A stretch of DNA of 61,382 nucleotides from an uncultured Gammaproteobacteria bacterium. GTDB lineage: Bacteria > Patescibacteriota > Microgenomatia > UBA8517. How positions within the stretch are numbered: position 1 is the first letter of the stretch; the number at the start of each line of letters is the position of its first letter. Under the pieces are notes generated by a model. That model did not search any database. It saw nothing but the letters and a program-made list of their open reading frames with translations, and was not told where the DNA came from. Positions 29,109 to 37,856 of this stretch are shown one piece after another. The stretch lies in assembly GCA_964610395.1 (NCBI GenBank), contig CAZSXP010000003.1:5719-67100 (forward strand), given 5' to 3'. The translations under genes were made by a program, and so were the position numbers.

Positions 29109-30553
29109 TTTGTATGTATTAATTTATACAATTGCACTCCATCCACGGTCCACTGCTGACTGATTATACTCCAGCCAAAATTGGCAACTTCTGCTTTGGC
29201 AGAATGAGTCGGGTCACATTCTTCTTTAATTTTCTCACAAATTACAAATAGTTGATCAGTAACTGTTTCTGTAAGTTGTGCATCAATTTCAATCATTTTA
29301 GAATTATTTTTTTCCAAGAAATATTGATATCCATCTTCATAGTTTTGTTCTGCAACAACAGCAATATTAAAATTTTGACCTTTTGATTCTTCAATTATTT
29401 TATTAGCTACATTTACCGCTCTTTTCATTTGATTATTAGGACTGTTTCTTAATGGATTATTTGTTAGATTAATAAAAATTAAAATAGCAAGAAATAGTAT
29501 TCCAAATATTTTATATTTTGAGTTGTATAATTTTTCCCAAAAAAATCCAATTAGCAAAAATGGTATCGGAAACATGAATCCAAAATAATGATCGTAGACA
29601 TTTTGTTTGTATAAACTTAACCCGATAAGCCCTGAGAATAGCCAGATAATTATAATTTTTTTATTTAAAAATGGTATTAAAACTAAAAATAAAATTATAA
29701 ATATAGATACAATTTTACCCAAAGGTTCTGTCTTTGCAGTTAATAAACTTGAATTAATTTGTTCATAAATTGGATATGCTTTTGATACTGAGCTAAATGG
29801 GTTAACAGAAATTGTTTCTTGTCTTACTGTTATAAATTTATAAAGTGCTTTGGAATTTAGAAAATTATGACGAATATCAAAAATTAAAAGTGGAGACATC
29901 AGAAACAGGAACAAGAGTATAGAAAATAGGGAATAGTTTTTGGGAACGCGCGCAAGAATCCAATATATAAATAATACTGGAGCAATTAAAATTCCTAAAT
30001 AATGCGATTGTAATACAAATGCAAAAGAAATTGCAGTAACTACTAGCCATTTGTACTCTTTGTTTTTGTATACACGCCAAATAGAATACACAGAAAGTAG
30101 TGCAAAAAAGGGCATTATATTTGGATTCCAAGACGAACGAGAGTAAACAATAACAGTTGGAGAAATAGCAAAAAATAAGGCAGCAATTAATCCCGCCGTT
30201 TTTCCAAACCAATCTTTACCAGCAATATAAATTAAATAAATAGTCGCAACTCCTAGAAGTGCCACTCCAACTGCAGGACCAACAGGAGAAAAATTAGAAA
30301 GAAACAAAAAAGGAGCCATAAAATAATAATAAAGTGGCCCTAAATACATATTTCCAACTGAAGTTCCAGGGCCTATTAAAATAGGGTCAAAGTGTACTAG
30401 TAAATTTCTAACAATTATTGCATCTCTTCCTTCATCACCTAAAAAGGTCATATAACTATCAATTTTATATAAACGCATAAATGCGCCCACTAGAAGTATT
30501 AATATTAAAATCCAGTTCTTTTTTAAGATATCTGTTACTTTAATTTCCACCAT
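29105..30553 (-). CDS. GT-C-like membrane glycosyltransferase, ArnT-like (GDEGRDA family)
   Basis: FLGDEGRDAIIVRNLL...LIGPGTSVGNMYLGPLYYYFMAPF. It is the third paralog of this family. Confidence 0.8.
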   Translation of the reverse strand: MVEIKVTDILKKNWILILILLVGAFMRLYKIDSYMTFLGDEGRDAIIVRNLLVHFDPILIGPGTSVGNMYLGPLYYYFMAPFLFLSNFSPVGPAVGVALLGVATIYLIYIAGKDWFGKTAGLIAALFFAISPTVIVYSRSSWNPNIMPFFALLSVYSIWRVYKNKEYKWLVVTAISFAFVLQSHYLGILIAPVLFIYWILARVPKNYSLFSILLFLFLMSPLLIFDIRHNFLNSKALYKFITVRQETISVNPFSSVSKAYPIYEQINSSLLTAKTEPLGKIVSIFIILFLVLIPFLNKKIIIIWLFSGLIGLSLYKQNVYDHYFGFMFPIPFLLIGFFWEKLYNSKYKIFGILFLAILIFINLTNNPLRNSPNNQMKRAVNVANKIIEESKGQNFNIAVVAEQNYEDGYQYFLEKNNSKMIEIDAQLTETVTDQLFVICEKIKEECDPTHSAKAEVANFGWSIISQQWTVDGVQLYKLIHTK

Positions 30554-31233
30554 AGTTTAAATAAATCAACAAAACTTTTAACTATTACCTTTAAATCTCT
30601 ACCTGTACCTTTACCTTGTGTTCTTGGATAATGCGTCACTGGAATTTCTACAATCTTAAAATTTGCCTTTTTGGCTTTAATCAACAATTCACTTGAAATA
30701 AAAGCTCCTCTTTGGCTCTCGAGCCGTGGTATTTTATCAATAACTTTTTTTGATATTAATTTGAAACCACAATCGATATCTTTTACATGCAAACCGAAAA
30801 GGATAAAGACTGCAAGTTCCCACATTTTAGAAGTTATAATTTTAAATTTACTTACTCTACGTTTTTTATAGTATCCAATTACTAAATCTGCATCTGTTTC
30901 ATCTTGTTTATTAACAAATTCAATAATTTCACTAAAATCAAACTGTCCATCAGAATCTGTAAATGCAATCCAATCATATCGGCAATTATAAAACCCTGAT
31001 TTTAGGCTTGCACCATAACCTTTGTTTTCCTCGTGGTTTATTATTCGTATTCTTGCATCCTCTTTCCCCAGTTTTTCTACAATTTCTCTAGTATTATCAC
31101 TTGATCCATCATTTACAACAATAATCTCCCACTTATTAAATGTTTTTAAAAGTATTTTTTTTGCATTTAATACCACTTTTTGGATATTACCCTCTTCATT
31201 GTAGGTAGGAAAAAAAACAGATATAGAATCCAT
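30535..31233 (-). CDS. GT2 polyprenol-phosphate sugar synthase-like (DPM1/GtrB/ArnC-like)
   Basis: ISVFFPTYNEEGNI...VVNDGSSDNT...FTDSDGQFD...IDCGFKL. It is the first gene of the 23-gene minus-strand array. Confidence 0.88.
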   Translation of the reverse strand: MDSISVFFPTYNEEGNIQKVVLNAKKILLKTFNKWEIIVVNDGSSDNTREIVEKLGKEDARIRIINHEENKGYGASLKSGFYNCRYDWIAFTDSDGQFDFSEIIEFVNKQDETDADLVIGYYKKRRVSKFKIITSKMWELAVFILFGLHVKDIDCGFKLISKKVIDKIPRLESQRGAFISSELLIKAKKANFKIVEIPVTHYPRTQGKGTGRDLKVIVKSFVDLFKLWWKLK

Positions 31234-31265
31234 AGTTTAAAGTCTAACATATATGAGCCTAATTG

Positions 31266-31274
31266 TGGTATTAT
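31266..31274 (+). promoter_or_regulatory. Candidate extended -10 (TGGTATTAT) 6 nt upstream of ATG 31281
   Basis: TGGTATTAT, then CAAACT, then ATG. No SD is visible. Confidence 0.35.
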
Positions 31275-31280
31275 CAAACT

Positions 31281-32414
31281 ATGGTGAATAAATTTAAAAA
31301 ATTGATCCCACTTTTATTGTTAACAATAATCCCTACTCTTCTTATTTGGATGCCATTTTTCTTTAGATTAAAAACTTTCTGGCATATACCATTGTCTGAG
31401 CAGGGAATGGCAACCGTTGTCTCTAATTTTGATGGTCCACTTTATATAGTTGCTGAAAAAACTTTGTATAATCCTGAATTAATAGGCCTAAATTATCAAT
31501 TTCCATTAACAAATGAGTACTATTCTGCACATTTTCCAATGTTTCCAATGCTTATAAAAGCATTTTCACCAATTTTTGGCAGTCCTTATTCAATGCTTTT
31601 TGTAACTCTTTCAGGTTCTTTGCTTGCTTTATTTTTCTTTTACAAACATGCGAGAAGGTTCTTAAACAATAACGATTCACTATGGCTAACTTTTGTTTTT
31701 GCGATCTTTCCTGCACGATGGTTAATTGTTAGATCAGTAGGCTCACCTGAACCCTTTTTTATAGCTTCAATTTTAGCCTCAACATATTTTTTTGGAAATA
31801 AAAAATATCTACTTTCTGGTATTTGGGGAATGTTAGCTCAAATGACAAAATCGCCTGCAATATTATTATTTATTGCCTATGTATTACAAATTTTAGTAAC
31901 AAATATTAAAAATTTGAAAAATATTGATGTCAAAAAATATTTGCCACTTTTATTAATACCACTCGGAGTAATTTTGGTATTTTCGTTTTACGCGATAGCA
32001 TATGGCGATTTTTGGGTTTATTTTAAATCAGGTGACAACATGCATCTTTTCTTTCCTCCTTTTCAAATCTTTAACTACTCAGCAGATTGGGTTGGAACAT
32101 TTTGGCTTGAAGAAGTTATCTTTATTTATTTAATTGGGATCTTGGGAATCTATAGATTATATCAAGAAAAACTAATTACTTATTTTTACTTTGCTATAAC
32201 TTTTTTTATACCACTTCTTTTTGTGGCTCACAGAGATTTAATGAGATATTCTCTACCTCTTATTCCATTTTTATTACTTGGATACAGAGAATCTCTTCTT
32301 AAAAAAGAGTTTAAATTTGCAATAATTATACTAATAATTCCTATTTATCTCTATTCACTCGCCTTCATTTCTCAAAATGCCATGCCTATAGCCAATTGGG
32401 CTCCATTTCTTTAG
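31281..32414 (+). CDS. GT-C-like membrane protein, PIG-V/GT76-like
   Basis: FDGPLYIVAEKTLY...YYSAHFPMFPMLIKAF resembles the WD..wY..IA..GY...aFFPlyP pattern of PIG-V-type mannosyltransferases. ATG 31281 is preferred to the tracked TTG 31263. Confidence 0.7.
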   Translation: MVNKFKKLIPLLLLTIIPTLLIWMPFFFRLKTFWHIPLSEQGMATVVSNFDGPLYIVAEKTLYNPELIGLNYQFPLTNEYYSAHFPMFPMLIKAFSPIFGSPYSMLFVTLSGSLLALFFFYKHARRFLNNNDSLWLTFVFAIFPARWLIVRSVGSPEPFFIASILASTYFFGNKKYLLSGIWGMLAQMTKSPAILLFIAYVLQILVTNIKNLKNIDVKKYLPLLLIPLGVILVFSFYAIAYGDFWVYFKSGDNMHLFFPPFQIFNYSADWVGTFWLEEVIFIYLIGILGIYRLYQEKLITYFYFAITFFIPLLFVAHRDLMRYSLPLIPFLLLGYRESLLKKEFKFAIIILIIPIYLYSLAFISQNAMPIANWAPFL

Positions 32415-32452
32415 CGTGGGATTTTTATAATTCTTCAGACTAATTATATGAA

Positions 32453-32563
32453 GTGGAAATACCGAGACATTGGAGATTAAAAGATCAAAGATTAAGATTT
32501 GTTGGTACTAAATGTGGAACTTGCGGAAAAGCTGAATTTCCGCCAAAACCTATACATGAACAT
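32453..32563 (+). pseudogene. Possible remnant of a DUF35-type N-terminal zinc-ribbon protein
   Basis: The GTG-initiated ORF reads EIPRHWRLKDQRLRFVGTKCGTCGKAEFPPKP. This resembles the N-terminus of archaeal/bacterial DUF35 (acyl-CoA-associated OB-fold) proteins. The second CxxC pair is missing, and the ORF runs into the 3' end of the converging gene. Confidence 0.3.
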
Positions 32564-32573
32564 CAAGAAGTTA

Positions 32574-33692
32574 TTATTTCTTCTTCCAGATTACCTTTGT
32601 ATACATTAGATAGTTATATGGAAGTACCAAGAAAAGAACTACAACTGCAAGAACAATAAAGTCATATTTTTCTCCAACCAATTTAGTACCAAGTGGTCCA
32701 GCGATTGATTGAATTACTAAAGCTCCAGCAGAAGTTAAATTAAACTGTAAAAACTTTGAGACAATTGCTTTAAAACCCTTTATTTCACTATCTTTAAATG
32801 TCCAGATATTATTTAATACATAGTTATTTATAATTGCTAATTCTGTGGCAAACGCCCAAACTAAAAGTTCGGACAAACCTAAACTCCTAAATATTCTCAG
32901 GAAAGCAAAATTAACTACAAAACCGATAAAGCCAACTGTGCCAAATTTGATAATTTTTTGTTTATCTTTAATTCCTAAAATAATTGCGACTTTAAATGTA
33001 GAAATCATTTCTTTTGGATTAAACTTCGAAGTTTCCTTAGTACGTGACGCAAATTCTAGTGGAACTTCTACAGTTTTTTTTGATAATTTTATGCTTTGGT
33101 AAAGTAGATCAACTTTATAAGCAAATCTTGTTGGCTCCATTAAATGATCTAAATCGATTTGATCCAAAACACCTTTCACCCTAGTCAACCTAAATCCTGT
33201 TGTTAAATCATGAATACTAAATTTAGTCAAAACGAGCCTGATAAACAAATTTCCAAAAAAACTAATTGCCTTTCTGAAAAACGCCCATTCTTTTGGTACT
33301 GATCCACCTTTTATATATCTACTACCAATGCAATAATCAGCACCTTCTAGATACGCATCGACCATTGGTTTGACAAACCTCGTTGGGTGTTGAAAATCTC
33401 CATCCATTTCCATAACTGCGTCTGCACCTAACTCAATCGCTTTTTTAAATCCAGCAATATATGCCCAACCTAAACCTTCCTTGTTTTTTTGAAGCAAATG
33501 TAAGTTTGAATATTTTTTTTGAAGTTCTTTTATTAAGTCTCCTGATTTGTCAGGTGAATAATCATCAACTATCAGTAAATGCATTTCAACTCCAGTTATT
33601 TTTGGAAATTCTTTACCAAAAAGCTCTGGGATCATAAGCTTTAGATTCTCTGCTTCGTTATAAGCAGGCATCACAATTACAACTTTTTGCAT
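32574..33692 (-). CDS. GT2 polyprenol-phosphate sugar synthase-like fused to a C-terminal GtrA-like membrane domain
   Basis: VVIVMPAYNEAENL...IVDDYSPDKSG...MEMDGDFQHP...LTTGFRL. The C-terminus then has KFGTVGFIGFVVNFAFLRIF...INNYVLNNIWTFKD (GtrA pattern). Confidence 0.9.
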   Translation of the reverse strand: MQKVVIVMPAYNEAENLKLMIPELFGKEFPKITGVEMHLLIVDDYSPDKSGDLIKELQKKYSNLHLLQKNKEGLGWAYIAGFKKAIELGADAVMEMDGDFQHPTRFVKPMVDAYLEGADYCIGSRYIKGGSVPKEWAFFRKAISFFGNLFIRLVLTKFSIHDLTTGFRLTRVKGVLDQIDLDHLMEPTRFAYKVDLLYQSIKLSKKTVEVPLEFASRTKETSKFNPKEMISTFKVAIILGIKDKQKIIKFGTVGFIGFVVNFAFLRIFRSLGLSELLVWAFATELAIINNYVLNNIWTFKDSEIKGFKAIVSKFLQFNLTSAGALVIQSIAGPLGTKLVGEKYDFIVLAVVVLFLVLPYNYLMYTKVIWKKK

Positions 33693-33699
33693 ATATAAA

Positions 33700-33708
33700 T
33701 GTTACAAT
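33700..33708 (+). promoter_or_regulatory. Candidate extended -10 (TGTTACAAT) 6 nt upstream of trmD ATG
   Basis: TGTTACAAT, then ATCTTA, then ATG 33715. The intergenic gap to the divergent gene is only 22 nt. Confidence 0.4.
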
Positions 33709-33714
33709 ATCTTA

Positions 33715-34371
33715 ATGAAAATTGATATTATTACTTTATTTCCAAAGATGTTTGATGGTCCTTTAAATGAATCTATTATGTGGCGGGCACAAGATAAAAA
33801 ATTTATAGAGTTAAACATAGTTGATTTAAGACAGTTTGGAATTGATGAAAGAAGAACTGTTGATGACAAGCCGTATGGTGGAGGTGCAGGAATGATTCTT
33901 AGAGTTGATGTAATAGATAACGCATTAAAATTTTTAAAAGTTAAGCCGAAATCTAAAAATACTAAAATAGTTGTTCTTGATGCCGGGGGTGAAAAATTTA
34001 CTCAAAAAAAAGCTTACGCTTATAGCGAATTAAAAAGACTTGTATTAATTTGTGGAAGATATGAAGGAATTGACCATAGAGTTCATGAAAATTTTGTTGA
34101 TGATATTATTTCAATTGGTGATTATGTATTAACCGGCGGAGAAATACCTGCAATGGTGATTACTGATACTGTCACTCGCCTTATTCCAAACGTTATTAAA
34201 CCTGAGTCTTTAGAAGAAGAATCGCATTCTGATATGAATAGTGAATATCCACAATACACTAGACCCGAGGTTTATGGAAAATTAAAAGTTCCAGAAGTGC
34301 TATTAACTGGAAACCATAAAGATATTAAAGTTTGGAGACAAAATCATCAACCATCTCGCGCCAAGATTTAA
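33715..34371 (+). CDS. trmD: tRNA (guanine37-N1)-methyltransferase
   Basis: IITLFPKMFDGPLNESIMWRA...DDKPYGGGAGMIL...ICGRYEGIDHRV...SIGDYVLTGGE. Confidence 0.93.
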   Translation: MKIDIITLFPKMFDGPLNESIMWRAQDKKFIELNIVDLRQFGIDERRTVDDKPYGGGAGMILRVDVIDNALKFLKVKPKSKNTKIVVLDAGGEKFTQKKAYAYSELKRLVLICGRYEGIDHRVHENFVDDIISIGDYVLTGGEIPAMVITDTVTRLIPNVIKPESLEEESHSDMNSEYPQYTRPEVYGKLKVPEVLLTGNHKDIKVWRQNHQPSRAKI

Positions 34372-35218
34372 AATTCATACCCAGCTTATCTTGAGTAATT
34401 TCAGTTTTTAATCCTCCCAGTCTAGGCCTTCGGGTTCTACCTTCTACTTTTAAAAATTCTTTCATTGACCCTTTTTGGACAACTCCTTCTACATTTCTAG
34501 TTTTCTTTAATAGGTATTCTAGAAAATCAAAAGGTGTTGTTGTATCTTTTGATACTAAATGAAAAGTTCCCTCAATTTCTTCGCTTAAAATTTTTATTAA
34601 AGGCTCAACTAAATCGTTAACATTGATAACACTTAAAGTTTGGTCTGTAAAAATTGGAAAAAGCTTTTCTTCGTCATATAACATTAAATAATTTTTTGCA
34701 AAATCTAATTTTTGTTCATATCTTTCTGAATAAAATGGATATGCAATTCTGACTACTGCGTATCTACAATCTATTTTTTTTAATTCAGATTCTGCCCTAT
34801 TTTTGGTCCATCCGTACCAACCAATCCCATTACTATCTTGAGGTATAGAATGATCCTCACTATATGGTCCCGCATCTTCTTCTAAACCTTTAAAAATAAA
34901 ATCTGTAGATATTTGAACAAGGAATTTGTTATTTTCTTTAGAAGCTCGAGCAAGATTTAAAGGTCCAACTACATTTAATTTCCAAGTCAATCCTGTTTGA
35001 TCTCCACTTTCTTTCTCTGCACCATCTACATTAGTTATTGCTGCAAAATTTAAGACAGAATCAAATTTATTTTCTTTAAAAAAAACTCTAACAGCATCTT
35101 TATCTGTAATATCTAAAGTTTTTTCATCAACAGGAATAATATCAAGATTGTTTTTTGCAAGTTCTACAAATCTAGATCCAATCAAACCACTTGCGCCAAT
35201 TACTAAACATTCTTTCAT
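34325..35218 (-). CDS. rfbD: dTDP-4-dehydrorhamnose reductase
   Basis: Rossmann motif CLVIGASGLIGSRF and a YGWTK (YxxxK) motif. It lies next to rfbC, rfbB and rfbA. Confidence 0.85.
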   Translation of the reverse strand: MKECLVIGASGLIGSRFVELAKNNLDIIPVDEKTLDITDKDAVRVFFKENKFDSVLNFAAITNVDGAEKESGDQTGLTWKLNVVGPLNLARASKENNKFLVQISTDFIFKGLEEDAGPYSEDHSIPQDSNGIGWYGWTKNRAESELKKIDCRYAVVRIAYPFYSERYEQKLDFAKNYLMLYDEEKLFPIFTDQTLSVINVNDLVEPLIKILSEEIEGTFHLVSKDTTTPFDFLEYLLKKTRNVEGVVQKGSMKEFLKVEGRTRRPRLGGLKTEITQDKLGMNFKSWREMVDDFVSKL

Positions 35219-35224
35219 TTGTTT

Positions 35225-35761
35225 TTAAAATAATTCTTTTAAGGTGGGATTGTTTTTATCTCTTTCTGAAATTATTGGATCTTTTATTGGCCATTTAATA
35301 TTAAGATCTGGATCATCCCAAGCAATAGCTCTAGTATCTTGCCCTGTGTAATATTGATCTACTAAATAAATATAATTTACAGGAGTATTTCCAACAACAC
35401 AGATTGAATTAGCAAAACCAACGGGAATATACAGAAGCTTTCTATCATCTTCGTTAAAATTAAATGTCACAACTTTTTTAAACGTTTTTGACTCAGGTCT
35501 TATATCAACTATTGCTATAAAAATTTCGCCTGTAATCGGATAAACTAATTTATTCCATTGTTCTGCATGAAGTGCTCTGATTACTCTTGGCTTTGAAAGA
35601 CTATGATTCATTTGAACGGGATGAAAATCTATCCCGAGATCTTTTAAATCATTCATTCTAACTGCTTCTCTAAAAAAACCTCTTTCGTCGCTCCTTATTG
35701 GTCTATCTATTATCAACAATCCTTCTAATTCAGTTTTTGTTATAAATTCATTTTCCTTCAT
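35225..35761 (-). CDS. rfbC: dTDP-4-dehydrorhamnose 3,5-epimerase
   Basis: Cupin-type DERGFFRE...LHAEQWNKLVYPITGEIFIAIVDIR pattern, plus operon context. Confidence 0.9.
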   Translation of the reverse strand: MKENEFITKTELEGLLIIDRPIRSDERGFFREAVRMNDLKDLGIDFHPVQMNHSLSKPRVIRALHAEQWNKLVYPITGEIFIAIVDIRPESKTFKKVVTFNFNEDDRKLLYIPVGFANSICVVGNTPVNYIYLVDQYYTGQDTRAIAWDDPDLNIKWPIKDPIISERDKNNPTLKELF

Positions 35762-36746
35762 TATAATAATTTTCTGTTTGAGCTTTTAAAATCCTCCACC
35801 ATTTTTCATTATCTTTATACCAATCAACTGTTTTTTGTAAACCTTCTTTAATATTAAACTTTGGTTTCCAACCTAATTCTTTATTTATTTTACTCCAATC
35901 TACAGAATATTTTCTATCATGTCCTAATCTATCTTTTACAAATTCAATCTCTCCACTACCAAATATTTTAATAATTAGTTCTGCAATTTCTATATTATTT
36001 AAATCGTCAGTTTGCCCTCCAACTAGATATGTTTCTCCTGATTTACCAGATAATAATACTTTTTCAATTGCCCTGACATGATCCTCAACATACAACCAAT
36101 CTCGAACATTCTTTCCATCTCCATAGATTGGAATCTTTTTCCCATCAATTAAATTTGTAATCATTCTTGATAAAAATTTTTCTGGATCTTGGTAAGGGCC
36201 ATAATTATTTGAACAATTAGTAATTGTAGTAGGTAAACCAAATGTATGATAATAAGACCTTACTAAATGGTCAGAAGAGGCTTTACTCGCTGAATATGGA
36301 CTTCTTGGGTTATAAATAGTGTCTTCATTAAATTTGTCTCTGGAATTAATATCTAATGAACCAAAAACTTCATCTGTTGAAACGTGATGAAATCTTTTTA
36401 CCTTATGTTTAAGGGCAGATTCTAACAACACGTGTGTACCAACAATATTAGTCTGAATAAATAATGATGGACCAGTGATCGATCTATCAACATGTGATTC
36501 AGCTGCAAAATGAACAACATAATCTACTTTTTTCATGATTGAATTTACTAATTTTGTATCGCATATATCTCCTTTAATGAATGTATAGTTTTTATTTTTA
36601 GAAAAATCTGTAGTCGAAGAAAGATGTCCTGCGTATGTTAGTTTGTCTAAATTTATTATCTTGTCATCTGGATATTTATTTATCCAATATCTAATAAAAT
36701 TACTTCCGATGAATCCTGCACCGCCTGTCACTAATATTTTATTCAT
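35748..36746 (-). CDS. rfbB: dTDP-glucose 4,6-dehydratase
   Basis: ILVTGGAGFIGSNF...HVSTDEVFG...YSASKASSDHLV. Confidence 0.93.
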   Translation of the reverse strand: MNKILVTGGAGFIGSNFIRYWINKYPDDKIINLDKLTYAGHLSSTTDFSKNKNYTFIKGDICDTKLVNSIMKKVDYVVHFAAESHVDRSITGPSLFIQTNIVGTHVLLESALKHKVKRFHHVSTDEVFGSLDINSRDKFNEDTIYNPRSPYSASKASSDHLVRSYYHTFGLPTTITNCSNNYGPYQDPEKFLSRMITNLIDGKKIPIYGDGKNVRDWLYVEDHVRAIEKVLLSGKSGETYLVGGQTDDLNNIEIAELIIKIFGSGEIEFVKDRLGHDRKYSVDWSKINKELGWKPKFNIKEGLQKTVDWYKDNEKWWRILKAQTENYYNEGK

Positions 36747-37604
36747 TTAATTTAATTCCATCAAATATTTTCCATAACCGCTTTTTAACAAATCTTTAGC
36801 TAAGATTTGAAGTTGATTTTTATTTATATAGCCTTTTTTGTAAGCTATCTCTTCGATACAGCCTATCTTGTAATTTTGTCTTTCTTCAATTACTTGAATA
36901 AATTGAGAAGCTTTCATCATTGAATCAAATGTTCCAGTATCAAGCCATGCTGTACCTTTTTCAAGTAAACATACTTTTAATTTTCCTTTTTTAAGATACG
37001 CATCTAAAACTGATGTTATTTCTAATTCTCCCCTGTCAGAGGGTTTTATTTTTTTTGCAATTCTTATTACTTCATTGTCACAAAAATAAAGACCTGCACT
37101 TGCATAATTAGATTTTGGATTTTTAGGTTTTTCTTCAATTGATAACACATTCATATCTTTATCAAATTCATAGACACCGTAACGTTCAGGATCATTAACT
37201 TGTGTAGCAAAACCAACAGCACCATCAATGTTTGTATATTTCTCTAATTGTTTATCCATTTGCGATCCGTAAAAAATATTGTCTCCTAGTATCATAGCCA
37301 CTTTATCATTTCCTATAAATTCATCACCTACAATAAACGCATCAGCCAGTCCTCTTGGTTTTTCTTGAACTTTATACTGGAAAGAACAACCAATTTGAGA
37401 TCCGTCACCAAGTAGGTCTTTAAATCTGGGTAAATCTAATTTAGTAGAAATAATTAGTATTTCTCTAATTCCGGCCTGAAGTAATATCGAAAGCGGATAA
37501 TAAATCATCGGCTTATCATAAATTGGCATTAACTGCTTGCTTATCGCTTTAGTTAATGGATACAATCTCGTTCCGCTTCCTCCTGCAAGGATTATACCTT
37601 TCAT
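36747..37604 (-). CDS. rfbA: Glucose-1-phosphate thymidylyltransferase
   Basis: [39 protein letters not shown]. The internal ATG at 37604 is preferred and gives an ATGA overlap with the upstream small ORF. Confidence 0.93.
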   Translation of the reverse strand: MKGIILAGGSGTRLYPLTKAISKQLMPIYDKPMIYYPLSILLQAGIREILIISTKLDLPRFKDLLGDGSQIGCSFQYKVQEKPRGLADAFIVGDEFIGNDKVAMILGDNIFYGSQMDKQLEKYTNIDGAVGFATQVNDPERYGVYEFDKDMNVLSIEEKPKNPKSNYASAGLYFCDNEVIRIAKKIKPSDRGELEITSVLDAYLKKGKLKVCLLEKGTAWLDTGTFDSMMKASQFIQVIEERQNYKIGCIEEIAYKKGYINKNQLQILAKDLLKSGYGKYLMELN

Positions 37605-37855
37605 ATAATGAGTGATGTTAGCATAACTACACCTAATATGGCAACTGCTACGTATTCTAAAATTATTGAAAGACATATATCTTTATGAATTGTATGATGA
37701 ATAATTCCCCAAGAAACATAGGCTGAGGCTAAAGCAAAAGAAACACCAATTTGGAAGTTTGTATCATAGGAAAATACATAAAATCCAATAATTCCAGCAA
37801 TAAATATAAATATTAAACTTATATAATGAGGCATATGTTTAATAAAATTTTGCAT
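37601..37855 (-). CDS. Small membrane protein (3 predicted TM segments), unknown function
   Basis: 84-aa hydrophobic ORF, tightly packed between the CAP gene and rfbA. Confidence 0.6.
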   Translation of the reverse strand: MQNFIKHMPHYISLIFIFIAGIIGFYVFSYDTNFQIGVSFALASAYVSWGIIHHTIHKDICLSIILEYVAVAILGVVMLTSLII

Positions 37856-37856
37856 G

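Noticed and set aside
29110-29131. TTGTATGTATTAATTTATACAA at the nrnA/GT-C junction considered as a third copy of the YerC-associated palindrome.
   Set aside because: Only ATGTATTAAT is shared and the inner part is not palindromic. In AT-rich DNA this level of similarity is expected by chance.
29877-30212. Nested same-strand ORFs in alternative frames (29877..30212, 51744..51995, 60590..60793, 12061..12258).
   Set aside because: Each lies inside a longer ORF with recognisable family motifs (GT-C, Tgt, SerS). Their translations show no features of real proteins.
32453-32659. The full 68-aa ORF as a functional small zinc-ribbon protein.
   Set aside because: Only one CxxC pair is present, and the C-terminal half overlaps the 3' end of the converging GT2-GtrA gene in antisense. 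It is treated as a possible relic covering only the first ~36 codons.
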